Part shown: positions 42,620 through 53,985 of the stretch, in pieces
Layout of the letters: the number at the start of each line of letters is the position of its first letter
Position numbering within the stretch: position 1 is the stretch's first letter
Assembly (NCBI GenBank): GCA_943704425.1
Contig: CALSCP010001275.1
Location: 18,766 to 82,765, forward strand
Length of the DNA: 64,000 bases
Source: Ministeria vibrans ATCC 50519
Taxonomy: Eukaryota > Protista > Filasterea
Direction: 5' to 3'
Program-made: the position numbers and the translations under genes
Notes under the pieces: generated by a model
Told to the model about the DNA's origin: nothing
Seen by the model: the letters and a program-made list of their open reading frames with translations, nothing else
Databases searched by the model: none

Positions 42620-44060
42620 CAGAGCTGGCGAAAAAGTGAAACAGTTACAGTGAATGGGTGCGTCAAGTGGGGAATATGCGCAATACGTGAGTTGGAGTGT
42701 TGTTGTGTAATCTATAATAATTATTATTATAGTACCAGCAATGGTGGGAAACATGAGAATGAAAGTAGACGCACACACGATCGAACTGCCAAAGATAATC
42801 ACAGGAATGTGCGGTAAATGTCGGGCGGATGCAGAAATAATCGGCACAAGAAAACTAAAAAGTCACAAAAAATGTCAGTCTCACTGTCCAAAATGTAACG
42901 TATTGTAATGTTTTTTTTTGTTGTTCTCACATAATCAGTAGAGGGTTGATTCCAATGATGGAACCCCACGCGTGAGAATGAAACATTCGCTCAAAGTACT
43001 AGTTGAACAAAGAAATGAGAAATAAGCAAAGTGAGGAGAAAGAAACAAAAGAGAGAGAGAGAAAGAGAAAGAACGAAAGAGAGAGAGAGAAAGAAAGAGA
43101 GAGAAAGAAAGAGAGAGAGAGAGAAAGAAAGAAATAAAGAAAGAAAGAGAGAGAGAGAAAGAAAGAGAGAGAGAGAGAGAAAGAAAGAGAGAGAGAGAGA
43201 AGAAAGAAAGAAAGAGAGAGAGAGACAAAGTGATAGAGAGAGAAACAAAGTGATAGAGAGAGAAAAAGAAAAAAGTGATAGAGAGGAGAAAGAAACAAAA
43301 AGAATTTGAATTTGAGTTCCTTTTTGTGGAATACTTTTGGGAAGCCAGAATCGAGAACACGATAGATAATACGGACTATCATCACAGAAATCATAAAGAT
43401 ACATAACCTAATCACAATCAGACAAGTCAAAATAAGAGATTAAGAACAAAAAAGAACATTAATAAATATATTTTTGGTTTTGTTTTGCTGTACCGGACAA
43501 AATACTGATTTGAAACGGAGCGACGGATTCGCTTCAAAAAGTTCTCTTTGGTCTGTTCAAATTTCTTGAAAGAGCCGTCTGATTGGACGTCAATGTTACG
43601 AAAGGAGAAGATGGCAAACTGTAAGAAAAAGGGAATGAGAGATGGAGAGAGAAAAAACGAGAAAGACAGAGAGAATGAGTATTGTTTACGAGAAGAGCAC
43701 ACGCAGTGGTGAAAATGGTTGAGAAGATGAGAATGCGCTGGGCGGAGAACTGGGAGCCAAAAAGACGGACGCCAGTGGTGTTTGCAGGGCATTTGGTGGA
43801 GTCGGAGAGGTCTTTGCAGCTGAGCGTGTCCAGAACAAGTGTCGTTACATTGACTGAGTAATATAGAAAGAGAGGGAGAGAGAGAAAGAAGGGAACAACG
43901 TGTGTGTGTGTGTGTGAGAATGCCTCTTGTTGTGTTGTGTGTCTTACAGGCGACAAGAGCTGCGACATTCATGACAACGTAAAAGAGTCCGTATGCAACT
44001 GTGGATGTTTTGTGGTTCGTGTATCGCTTGATTCCAATAGTAAGCACTGTAAAGATGCAA

Positions 44061-44092
<32 letters not shown>

Positions 44093-45014
44093 AGGCGTGA
44101 GATGGAAAGCACATCATTTTGAGTGAGGTGTCTGACCTGGGATGGCAAGCGCATCGGTGACGGGGAGGATGGCGTAGAGAGCGAGGTAGATGAGAGCGAC
44201 ATCACGAGCGGCAAAGAGCATGATGCGTCCTACAAGGCCAAAGAAGAGGCCAATAATAAGGGAGGTGCGCACACCCACGGCGTCAACCATGGAGCCAAGG
44301 ATGAGCGAGACAAGACCGATCATGAGCCCGTGGATTCCGTAGACCCATCCCGCCTCGCTGTCCGTCAGACCAAACTCCTCTGCAAAGATTGTTTTATTTG
44401 TTAAAGCAAGGCAAACTTTGTGCGTGTGTGTGCACACATTCCTCGTTTGATATGAAAATAGGGACAAAGAGGGAGTGCCCAAGTTGTGCTGTACATCGCG
44501 TCTTACTCGAGAGATACAGCGTAAGGTTGGTCATGATGGCAAAGTAGGAGTAGGCAGAGAGGAACTTGATGATGTAGATGATCCAGAGCTCGTAAGGAGC
44601 GCCACTGTGTGGTGGAGAGAGAGAGTTCAAGAGTTCAAGAGTTCAAGAGTTCAAGAGAGAGTTCAAGAGAGAGAGTTCAAGAGAGAGTTCAAGAGTTCAA
44701 GAGTTCAAGAGTTCAAGAGAGAGTTCAAGAGAGAGAGTTCAAGAGAGAGAGAGAGAGTTCAAGAGTTCAAGAGAGAGAGAGAGTTCAAGAGTTCAAGAGT
44801 TCAAGAGAGAGAGAGAGAGAAAGAGAGAAAGACGACAATGCTCAAAAGTAAGAAACAAAAATAGAGCAATTATGAGCGATTTTTTCAAGACGAACCGTAG
44901 ATCAGACCAGCCTCGCCAGGGCCACGGAAAGGCAACACACGACTGTTTTGTTCGCTCCCAGCGCGTTTCATTGGGCACCGACGTGGTTTCGTCGGCGTTG
45001 TCTGGGGGCGCCAT
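41334..45014 (-). CDS. Major facilitator superfamily transporter (POT/peptide-transporter-like); multi-exon
   Basis: Hydrophobic exons ELWIIYIIKFLSAYSYF..NLTLYLS|EEFGLTDSEAGWVYG...GSMVDAVGVR (MFS motif A), AYGLFYVVMNVAA and VGEAIYSPRLYDY...PMFLAKFFVG; acidic/basic cytosolic last exon. Confidence 0.85.
44617..44828. repeat. Compound minisatellite GTTCAA(GA)n, 17 copies, in the first coding intron of the MFS gene
   Basis: GTTCAA cores counted by eye, separated by variable GA runs. Confidence 0.9.
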
Positions 45015-45537
45015 TGACACGGAGAGTCACAGCGATGGGGCGCGTGTGTCGCTGGCTCGTTGTGTGTCACGATATATGTATATGTGTGTATGTGAGTGTG
45101 TGGGCGTGTGTGTGTGTGAAGACAAAGAGAGCGGGAAGGAGACAGAGAGGAAAATATTACTAATGGTTATTATTATTATTTTTTTTTGAAAAACATCGCC
45201 ACAACTCTACTTTCACGTGCCTCGTAGACCGTGATCAATCATAAATTATTTAGCGAGCGACCTATGTGTCATTGGGCTACTTAATACTTTGGTTGGCTCA
45301 GCGGAGGCTCTGCGCTCACGGGTGCATTTTCAGTTTCGCTTCACACACAGCTTTAAATGCCAATACTGCAGCTATTGTAAGCATCTACAGTTGCTTCTGA
45401 ACATACCTTCTATGTATTCACCAAAACACGTCTGTTTCGGGCGTGAATCAAATATTGAATATAAAATACATATTAATAGCACATTTTAAGACATTTTAAA
45501 ATATCTGAGTGAGAAGCATTTCCTTCCCACTCGGAAA

Positions 45538-45643
45538 GATGTCGTAGCGAAGCGGTCTAACGCGCCACGTTAAGGATATGTCAACTTGTTGGCAAGTAAA
45601 TCCGTGGTCCTCCGGGGCGTGGGTTCGAATCCCACCGACATCA
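45538..45643 (+). tRNA. tRNA-Leu(AAG) with 26-nt intron (45576-45601)
   Basis: Acceptor stem GATGTCG/CGACATC+A; D-loop GCGGTCTAA; anticodon stem CCACG/CGTGG with loop TT-AAG-G^C; long variable arm; T-arm GTGGG-TTCGAAT-CCCAC; downstream oligo-T. Confidence 0.93.
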
Positions 45644-45644
45644 A

Positions 45645-45653
45645 TTTTTTTTT
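45645..45653 (+). terminator. RNA polymerase III oligo-T terminator (second one at about 45788-45797)
   Basis: T runs immediately 3' of each tRNA. Confidence 0.8.
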
Positions 45654-45676
45654 CTATATAAATGTGTACTACGAAA

Positions 45677-45782
45677 GATGTCGTAGCGAAGCGGTCTAAC
45701 GCGCCACGTTAAGGATATGTCAACTTGTTGACAAGTAAATCCGTGGTCCTCCGGGGCGTGGGTTCGAATCCCACCGACATCA
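45677..45782 (+). tRNA. tRNA-Leu(AAG) with 26-nt intron, tandem copy
   Basis: Identical to 45538-45643 except one intron base (TTGGCA vs TTGACA); followed by a T run. Confidence 0.93.
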
Positions 45783-46184
45783 ATCCCTTTTTTTTTTCTT
45801 TTTTATTACAACACAATTAAATGTGTGTGTGTGTGCTTTTTTTTGTTGTCAAATCTCCGAAACATTGTCATAAACCAATATGTGATTGTTATTATGAGAT
45901 TTTGTAATTCATGATTAATCCGTTTTTTGACATGTTACTCAGTTAGTCTTTAAAAATTAAATAATAAGACTAAAGTCTTTAGTTTTTAACTCCTTGTGGA
46001 AACATTCAGTATTCCACCATATCAATTATTTCTGTTTTCAAACAAACAAACGTCAGTTTATTAAAATTGAGCAAAACGTCGTGGACGCTCCTGTGAATAA
46101 AAACAGGCTATGATCGTTTCGCCGACAGCCGTGTGGCCTACCTCAGTACTCAAAGAGTGGGGGAAAACAAGAATCAGAGTGAGA

Positions 46185-46952
46185 ATGGGTGATTGGGCGT
46201 TACGGCTATTAATATTTTAATTTCAGTTTAGTTGGTCAGTGATAGTCATCTAAATCTTTTTTTCTCTTGTGATGATACTTACTTCGAGCGTAGGTTGGTC
46301 GTTGGCAGTACGCACTCAAACGACGCAGAGGGCCCGGCAGCTGCCGGGCACCCTGTCGCGCTCCGCCTACACGCGAGTGCGTCCGCCCGGACCCCCCAAA
46401 CCCAAACCAGCCGTGCCGTCCGATCGGCCCTTTCTCCCTGACGCTGTCCGGCAGCGGCATGCCTCGAAGGATGCACCGCCCCTGCCGAGCCCGCCATACA
46501 CGTATGAGTTTGAACAGGTATCGTTGTGGGCCCAAAACACACATTACTTTGCGATTGTTGACGGACTACGTGTTTCGCTCTCTCACTCAACAGAGCGCAG
46601 CATTCAGCTCTCGCTACTACCGTGTCCCCGATCGAGACGTCTCCGGCCGCGAGCTGCTTCTCCCGTCAGTGACAACAGTGCTCTCCCGAACCACATCACA
46701 CTACGTATGCAATCTGTTGTGCACATCCCTGTCACATTCGTGTCATAGCGTTTGTTTACTTCTGTTCATCTCTCTCTTGAAGAACAAGATGTTTTTGAAG
46801 AATTGGAGAGCGAAGGAAGTCGAGAGAAAGGGCGAAGAGGCTGTGGCACTCGACAAGTCGCAAACTCTTCTTTACGGCTCATCACTCCATTGGGTATAAA
46901 CACACACACGCACACACAGGTTTCAGCAAGCAAACACTCAAGACTCACCACC

Positions 46953-47045
<93 letters not shown>

Positions 47046-48073
47046 CTAAACGCAGGAGATTGAGCAGCACTTTCGCAGAACGCAAAACATGGCCGAAACA
47101 GAGTTGGTTGTAGACTCTTCCGATACTTGTTCTGCCTACGAAGTGCGTCTCACTGCTCACGATCGATTTATGCGTCTCTCTGACTCTCTTACTGCGTTTT
47201 CGGATGTTGCTGGAATTGAAACGGTATACTTCTTATTTGAGAGTGATTATTTTCAAAGCAATTATTCTTGGTTGTGTGTGATGCAAGGAATTTAATTGAT
47301 TTTGTGTGTGTGTGTGTGTGTGTTTTTTTTTTTTGAAGGCTGTTGCGTTTCCTGAGGAGTGTTACGCGGGAACTGCAGATTTGGTTGCGCGATTTGATGG
47401 AAAGATGTCAGTCATTGACTGGAAAACATCAAAGGCACCAAAGCTCACTCTGGGCGCGTGTTATGATTATCCGCTACAAGTGAGTAGTCCACTGTGTATG
47501 TGTGTGTGTGTGTGTGTGTGATTGATTTTGCTTATTTTGGGTTAGATTTGTGCATATGCTGCAGCAATTAACTACGACCAAGCACACTATGAGTAAGGCT
47601 TATCCAAACTTTAACCCTACTACTGTCAAGTTGTAACTTTACCTAAACAACAAACCCCGCACCCTAACCTTTACCCTTACCTTCTACCTCAACTTACAAT
47701 ATGTCTCATCATCATTCTTCCTTCTTTTCTCGATGTAGTCTGATGATCGAGCAATGCGTTATCTTTGTGGTCCACCCTTTGGGAGTCAATGTGCATGTGT
47801 TAGACCTTGAAAAGTGTGAAAAGTACTGGAACAAGGTGACTATCACACACACACATACACACACACACACACACCACAAAGACACACACACACACACAAA
47901 ATATAATTATGTATCGTTATTATATATAATTAATTATTATAAATTATTATAATTATATGATATTCTCACACAGTCAACGACACTCACTCTCACTCATCTT
48001 TTGGCAGTGGAAGGAACGAACCGCACAGTTTCGAGACACATTTCTGAACCAAAAATCGCCCTATCATGAATAA
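46185..48073 (+). CDS. MGME1: Mitochondrial genome maintenance exonuclease 1-like (PD-(D/E)xK nuclease); multi-exon
   Basis: LPSVTTVLSRT, FLKNWR..GEE...GSSLH, YAGTADLVA...VIDWKTSKAPK...YDYPLQ|ICAYAAAIN, C-terminal YWNK|W; Arg/Ser/Thr-rich presequence-like N-terminus. First exon uncertain. Confidence 0.88.
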
Positions 48074-48109
48074 AATGTTGTATTGTACAAGTCTTTCCAT
48101 CTCCACCAG

Positions 48110-48818
48110 TCACATTTTCAGAGTTGGTAAGAAACCATAGCTGGTAATAGTGTCAAGACAGTCATTGAGCAACGACAGGTCATTGTGAAAGACACGCAGA
48201 GTATGCGCTGCGTCCTGTGCGGCCCCTTGCACCCGCACAACGTGGTTGCTGGTACACCCGTTGAGTTCACGGGCAATGTGCTGCTGGCTGTAGCGGATCC
48301 GATGTGTGATTGCCGAACGCACAAGACCGTTTTGAGTGTACAGTCGCTTTTGTTCGCTCGTCAACCTAACAAGAGAGAAAAGAAAAAGAAAAAAGTAAAA
48401 TAATAGTGACTCAGTGAGTGCCAATCGGTCTTTTCCCAGCGGCAGACGACGGGATACCTTTGTACACGCTCTTCCTGTCGGGGGGCTTGCGTGGAAGACG
48501 CCGCGCTCTCCCCAAACGAGCGCAGACTGGGCGAGCGCGGTCGCGCTGAACACAACAGACGGAAAACAACCGAAAACAGCAGAGAAAGAGCGACAGAGAG
48601 AAGGTGAGAGGTGGCACAGCAAGGAACGACCACTGGCGCCCTCCCCCAGAGGGGCGCTGGCGCCAGGCGAGGCCTTCCTTCTCACCTGCATTGGCGATGG
48701 GCGTCGCTCCTTCGTCGTCCGATTCGCTCTCCTCTCCTTGAATCGCCTGCACACGCGCCTTGCTCACTGGCATTTCATCCTCGCTCTCTTCGCTATCTTC
48801 TCCTTGAACCCTTGACAT
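48110..48818 (-). CDS. BLOC1S3: BLOC-1 subunit 3 (BLOS3)-like; about 3 exons
   Basis: N-terminal VQGEDSEESEDE / IQGEESESDDE resembles the BLOS3 VxGEAxE(T/S)D motif. The last exon, AQDAAHTLRVFHNDLSLLNDCLDTITSYGFLPTL, aligns by eye with the BLOS3 C-terminus (AAHSVRLARGDL..L.ERLDIV..C.LLPDI). Confidence 0.72.
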
Positions 48819-49026
48819 TTGAGAAAATTACAATAATAATGAATAATAATTATTTATAATAGATTAAAGAACTCAGAAGAAGAAGAATACAAAAAAATAA
48901 TAATAATAAACTCAGTACTCAAAATAATCAGGGATCTTTTTCGCGTCCCTGAGACCTTGGCTGACAGTGAGTGAGTGGCTGTATGACTGGCACTCGCCCC
49001 AGAATCCCGTGAATCAAGAAATTCCT

Positions 49027-50403
49027 TTATTGTGTTGCCCACCTTTGAAACAAGGCAGGGACTTTCTCATGCTCATACAAAATGCTTAGTTCTCTCTCAA
49101 TCGCACTCTCACTCTTTCCCTCTCTCAACATTGCCCTCCGCACACACTCACTGTACACACTCTTCCAGTTCGACGTCAACGCAGTATCAGTCAACTCAAG
49201 AGAGTGACGAGTGCGCAGGTGAGCACGCAGAGTTGACACTGACTGCGAGCAGATGGCACATCGAGTGCGATACACACTCATCACATGATAGTGACCAAAA
49301 TGAGCACCCACATTCCTCTTTGTGAATGGTGCAAAGTCACACTCTTGTCCCGTCGCCGGTCGCACCATTCGACACTTGAACCGACCATTGGCCAGTCGCT
49401 CAAACGACGCGTCGAGATCCACCGCACCGCACCCACTCCCCACTTCCTTCTCCTTCTGCGCACGCGACAACCAACCAGAGAATGACGACGGCACTCGCTC
49501 GCTCTCATGCAACAGCTGCAGCTCACGCACAATCACAGCCTCACTCGCATTGCGCTCCTCCAGTTCACTTCGCACAAGAGAAGCGTACACTCTCAGCCAG
49601 TCACAGCCACGACCAAACACATCACTGTGCGACTGCAGCATGTGCCGCTTGAATGTACATCTGTGTGGCGAAGTATCATCCTTGCACACCACACAGTTGA
49701 CGCGGAACACACTCCGAGGATGGCACTTTGAGAAATGATCCCAAACCCACTCAGGTGCAAATCCCATTCCCGTACACGCTCGTCCGTCCACACGTCGACA
49801 CCGACACCGCACCTTGCCATTCCTGAGCATCTCAAACACACTCGTGTCCTCTTCATCCTCCTTCTTGCCCCGTGCCATTGCCAACCAAGTCACAAATCCC
49901 ATTGGGACTCCTTCCCACTCGCCACGACCAAGCACTTTGGCCACTTCTCCCTCAACGTCCTCCTCTTCTCCGTCGCGCTCCAATGCCGCACGCACCTCCT
50001 GCAGGTAGACCGTCTTCCATCCTCCGTTCTCCAATGGACCACGTTCCATAACGGTGGCTGTGAATGTGTTGCTGTGGCGAGAAGCAATGTGCCTTTTGAG
50101 GGAACTTAAACCAACATACGAATTACAGATGACACAGACGAGCCGGTACTTGCTNNNNNNNNNNNNNNNNNNNNNNNNNNNNNNNNNNNNNNNNNNNNNN
50201 NNNNNNNNCGACCGACATGGCTCTCCATCGGCTGTAGGAAAGCGACACACAATCTTTCCGTTGGCGCCCAATGCAAAACAAGCGCCAATCTCACTTGGCG
50301 GATCCGTCCGGCATCGTTCGCCCGTCTCCGACATCATCAGCTCCATGTTGGAGGCGTACGCACGACCGGCCGCCACCGCGACGCGGTCCCACGGTTCACT
50401 CAT
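49027..50403 (-). CDS. Intronless protein of three tandem ~135-aa modules, each with two C2H2-like zinc fingers plus a helical cap
   Basis: Repeated NG(K/R)xxC-x9/10-C-x12-H-x4-H...C-x2-C-x9/13-H-x4-HS...WxxVY...VR...VPxxFxxW. Contains a 54-N gap. Confidence 0.8.
   Translation of the reverse strand: MSEPWDRVAVAAGRAYASNMELMMSETGERCRTDPPSEIGACFALGANGKIVCRFPTADGEPCRSXXXXXXXXXXXXXXXXXXSKYRLVCVICNSYVGLSSLKRHIASRHSNTFTATVMERGPLENGGWKTVYLQEVRAALERDGEEEDVEGEVAKVLGRGEWEGVPMGFVTWLAMARGKKEDEEDTSVFEMLRNGKVRCRCRRVDGRACTGMGFAPEWVWDHFSKCHPRSVFRVNCVVCKDDTSPHRCTFKRHMLQSHSDVFGRGCDWLRVYASLVRSELEERNASEAVIVRELQLLHESERVPSSFSGWLSRAQKEKEVGSGCGAVDLDASFERLANGRFKCRMVRPATGQECDFAPFTKRNVGAHFGHYHVMSVYRTRCAICSQSVSTLRAHLRTRHSLELTDTALTSNWKSVYSECVRRAMLREGKSESAIERELSILYEHEKVPALFQRWATQ
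50155..50208. other. Assembly gap (54 N)
   Basis: Run of n. Confidence 0.99.
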
Positions 50404-50536
50404 CCGTTGAAAAAAGTAGGACGATTGATTGACTGATTTTAGTTTATATCTCGTCGTAATCAAGAATCCGATTTGTCTCAATCCGCGAGTCTCCGTCAAC
50501 AAAAATGATAATAATGATAATAATAAAATTAATAAA

Positions 50537-50583
<47 letters not shown>

Positions 50584-50612
50584 TTATTATTATTATATTT
50601 TTTCATCATCTT

Positions 50613-53600
50613 TTACATCTTCTTCAAAAATCGCGCCACCGAGAGACAGTGCTGCAACGCGTCCCTCGTACGCGTCCATGCCTCCACGTGCGCCTCGGCT
50701 ACGCGCTGCAACTCGACACGCAACAATGCCATACCTCCTCCCTCGCCCTCCTCGCCTGTCGCTGCATCGTTGTCGTCCTCGTCGGCGAGCGTCGACAGGA
50801 ACACATGCAAGCACGACTCAATCATCTCAAAGTGCCGTCCCACACGAAGTTGACGGGCGACAAACGCCACAAAGTCACGCTGTTGCTGTCGATCGTTCAA
50901 TGCCGACAACGAGCGAATGTCCACGTCAATGGCACTCGGTGACAGACTCTGCAGCAGCGAAATGGCCGCTTCGTCGGAGGTGTGCAGTGCCCGCACCAAA
51001 TCCGACTCAATGCCCAACTTGCCCCAGTTGAGCACACGGCTCCCAGTCGCAGCTGCTCCCTTCAGATCCTCCACACTCTTCTCTGTCGTTGACGTACCGT
51101 CATCGGCCAGCGCCGCACGGACCTTCTCGGCGTTCTTTGCGGCATCTCCCGTGTCCAAGTCGGGCAGGAAGAAGGGCGCAGTGGGCGGTGCCTCGGCACC
51201 TACTGTGGGCTTGTTGCGCATCTTAATCGTATCCAAATGCAGCAGGTTGTGCCACTTGCTGCTGCGTGCGTCGCCCATGGTCAGCGTCACCATCGCCAGG
51301 GCAATCTGTTCAGGCGACGAGTACTCCTTGTTCGCTTGTTCCCTCTCGTCACCGTCGTCGTCGTTGTCGTCGTCGTCCTCATCTTCTTCGCTGAGTCGCA
51401 CTGCCACCGGCTCAAACTGTGCACGGTTTGCCCAGAGAAACACACCGGGATCGTCAACGTGAGCCGTCGCAAGAAAGTCGGCCGTGGGCGAGAAGGAGAC
51501 GGAGAGGGCGGGCGAGGCGGGCGCAAGGACGTCAAGCGGACAGCCCGAAACCACATCCCAAGTGCGAACGGTCGTGTCCATGGCCGCCGAGACAACCCAT
51601 CGCGCATCGGGACTGAAACAGATATCGGTAATGCGATGCGAATGGCCCTCAAAGACACGCACAAGACGACGCGTGTCCACATCACACACACGCACCACAA
51701 AATCATCGCAGCCGACGGCAAGTAACGCCGCCTCACGATGCACCTCCATCACAGCCACCGCTGCACTCACATCCACCCGTCCAATCTCCAGTGACGACAC
51801 CAACCCCGCCGCAAGATCATCCTCCGTCCGCTCCCCATCCTCCACCCCCTCTTCTTCATCTTCATCCTCCTCCGCCTTCCGCTTCTTCTTCTTCATGTTC
51901 CTCTCCTGCTTCGTCTTGGTCCGCATCTCCTTCCGCTTCGCCGCCCCAAACGCCCACCACACAACCACTCCATCGCTATACGCACTTAGCAAAGTCGAAG
52001 ATGTCGCATCAAACCCAACTGCGCGCGTCGACACTCCCACCACATTGTCCTTCCGCCTACACTCACATTCCCATATTAATTATCAGCATCCGAGACGTGC
52101 TTTGTTTGTTTGTTATTATTGTGTGATACCTCCAAGCACCACGGAATAAAGACGACTGCAGGTTGGATACGTAGACGGCGGCGGCGGACGAGCCCACTGC
52201 AGCAAAGTTACCACACGCAGAGACAGCCACGCACGTCGAAACCTATCGATATTAATTTGTGTGTGCGTGTGTGAGTTGGGTACTGTGAGTACACTCTTTC
52301 TCTTTGCGACTGTGTGTACCTCTGAAGACGTGACTGCGGCGGAGAGAGCAAGAGAGCGAGTGCGAGACGACTGTGCGTTCTTCTTGGTCGGACGGTTGTG
52401 ACGGGTGAGACTGAGCTCGCGCGCAAGTGCCTTGCGCTGAGTGGACCAAGCCCAGGCGGTGAGCGAGCCGCTGTGGATGCTAACGAGGTTGTCCCAGTCG
52501 CGTTCGCGCGTGGCGTTAGCAGAAAACGCGCGCACGGGCGCGAGTCGACTGCCCTCTGTATCGGCAATGTTGGCGTTCTTCTGGCTCAGTTCGCACGTCT
52601 GTGCGTCATTGAGGGTCGAAAAGTGGCGCACGGTGCGGTCGACACTCGCCGAGTAGATATCGCGGTCGCTGTAAAAGCGCACGTGGGTCGGGGGCGATGT
52701 GTGACCGCTGCGAGAGCGCACCAGACGCGGAGTTGCGTCGGCATGGTCAAAGAACCACACTTTAAGGGCGTTGTCGGAGCCGCCGGCGGTGAGGAGGAAC
52801 GCCTGGTTGGGCAAAAAGACGGCTGTCGAGACGACACCGTGGTGGGCGGGGCGCAGTGCCGACGCAAGCTTGTGGTCGTCCAGGTGGAAAATGAGAAGTG
52901 CACCCGAGCTGGTTGCGACGGCCATGAGGGGCGCACGGCCGTCAGTGCGGAAGGTGACACTTGTGGGCGCCGCAGCGTCCGACGTGGAGTAACGCGCAAG
53001 AGTCTTGTCAAAACGCAGATTGTGCAGTACAATGTCGCCGTTGGCATAGGCAACTGCGACCACATCGACCACGGGCGATTGTACAATGGACGTGATGGGC
53101 GACGAGGCGGTCGGGGCGCTCTTGGTAAAGAACGTGTGGATGAGACGTGCCGTCTTGATGTTCCACAGCTGCGCCGTGCCCTCGCGTGTGCCCACAAGCA
53201 CCTTGTTTAGGTAGGTACTGGGATGCATAAGGCAGGAGGCGTCGCTGTCGAGTGGCAGCTCCAGCTGAAGCGCCTCGCTGTGCGCCTGTGTCGGCTCTGA
53301 CACATCCCAAACGCGCAGTTCATTGCTTTCGTCGATGCTCACCAAATGGTGCTGACCAAAGGGCAACAGGCTGTGGACGGTGGCGCGACACGGAAGCGTC
53401 AGGGGCAAACGTGAACCGCGTTTGAACAGACGAATTTGCGAGTCACACGCGACCACTGTCAGATCGTTGAGGGCAGCCAGACACGACGCGCGCGGCTCCT
53501 CCGCGTCGTCCGCCGAGCGTAACTTGGACACAAACTGCAGCTTGAGGTGTTCGCAGCTGTACTGGTGCACGGCATTGCCAACGCTCGTGTTCACAAAGTG

Positions 53601-53854
53601 TTTTCCGCCTCGAGTCTATTTAAAAAAAAAAAAGAAGATAGAAACCAGAGGAGGAGTGAGTAAGGAGGCGCTATATCAGTTGCATGAGGTATCGGAGAGT
53701 CGGCAGGGTAAGGATCGGTGGAGGGTGTGGGCGGAAGAGTAAAGCGCATGTGATGAAAGAGTTTATTGTCATGTTGGCCTACCTGAACAACGCACGGCAC
53801 ATGGTCGGTCACATGCCCAAGGGCGCGATACGGCGAGAAGAGTCGACTCGTCAT
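50613..53854 (-). CDS. WDR36: U3 snoRNP protein UTP21/WDR36; multi-exon
   Basis: SRLFSPYRALGHVTDHVP, LMHPSTYLNKVLVG, LWNIKT, SPVVDVVAV, VTFRTDG, RSRSGH..PP, RERDWDN, ITDICFSPDARW, SPTADFLATAHVD, IKMRNKP..APFFLP, LSPSAIDVDIRSL. Confidence 0.95.
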
Positions 53855-53985
53855 CGATGACTATTATGACAAATAAGATTATTAATGGAGTGTTAATGGA
53901 TCATAATCTTCGATCATAGATATATTGAGAGGTTTGTGAGAGGTTTCAGTTTGAATCGTCAGTCGTCAGCATTCATTTTCTTGAT

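Noticed and set aside
44617-44828. CRISPR-like array, or shRNA-vector loop (TTCAAGAGA) contamination
   Set aside because: Spacers are only GA runs, there are no cas genes and no flanking inverted stems, and the tract lies in a eukaryotic intron.
45570-45575. Reading the anticodon as TAA or as a suppressor tRNA
   Set aside because: The CCACG/CGTGG stem fixes the loop as TT-AAG-G-C, that is Leu(AAG).
46227-46234. 8-nt micro-exon (TTTAGTTG) linking ATG 46110 to MGME1 in frame
   Set aside because: It is phase-compatible, but the simpler ATG G|GT first exon at 46185-46188 also fits; this cannot be resolved without RNA-seq.
47605-47700. Interstitial telomere-like (CCCTAA) repeats in an MGME1 intron
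   Set aside because: Only one or two good units among degenerate ones; not distinguishable from low-complexity sequence.
48110-50403. Zinc-finger gene and BLOS3-like exons as one spliced gene
   Set aside because: Module 3 keeps its conserved terminal Trp and then reaches TAA, and the downstream unit has its own ATG and BLOS3-type N-terminal motif.
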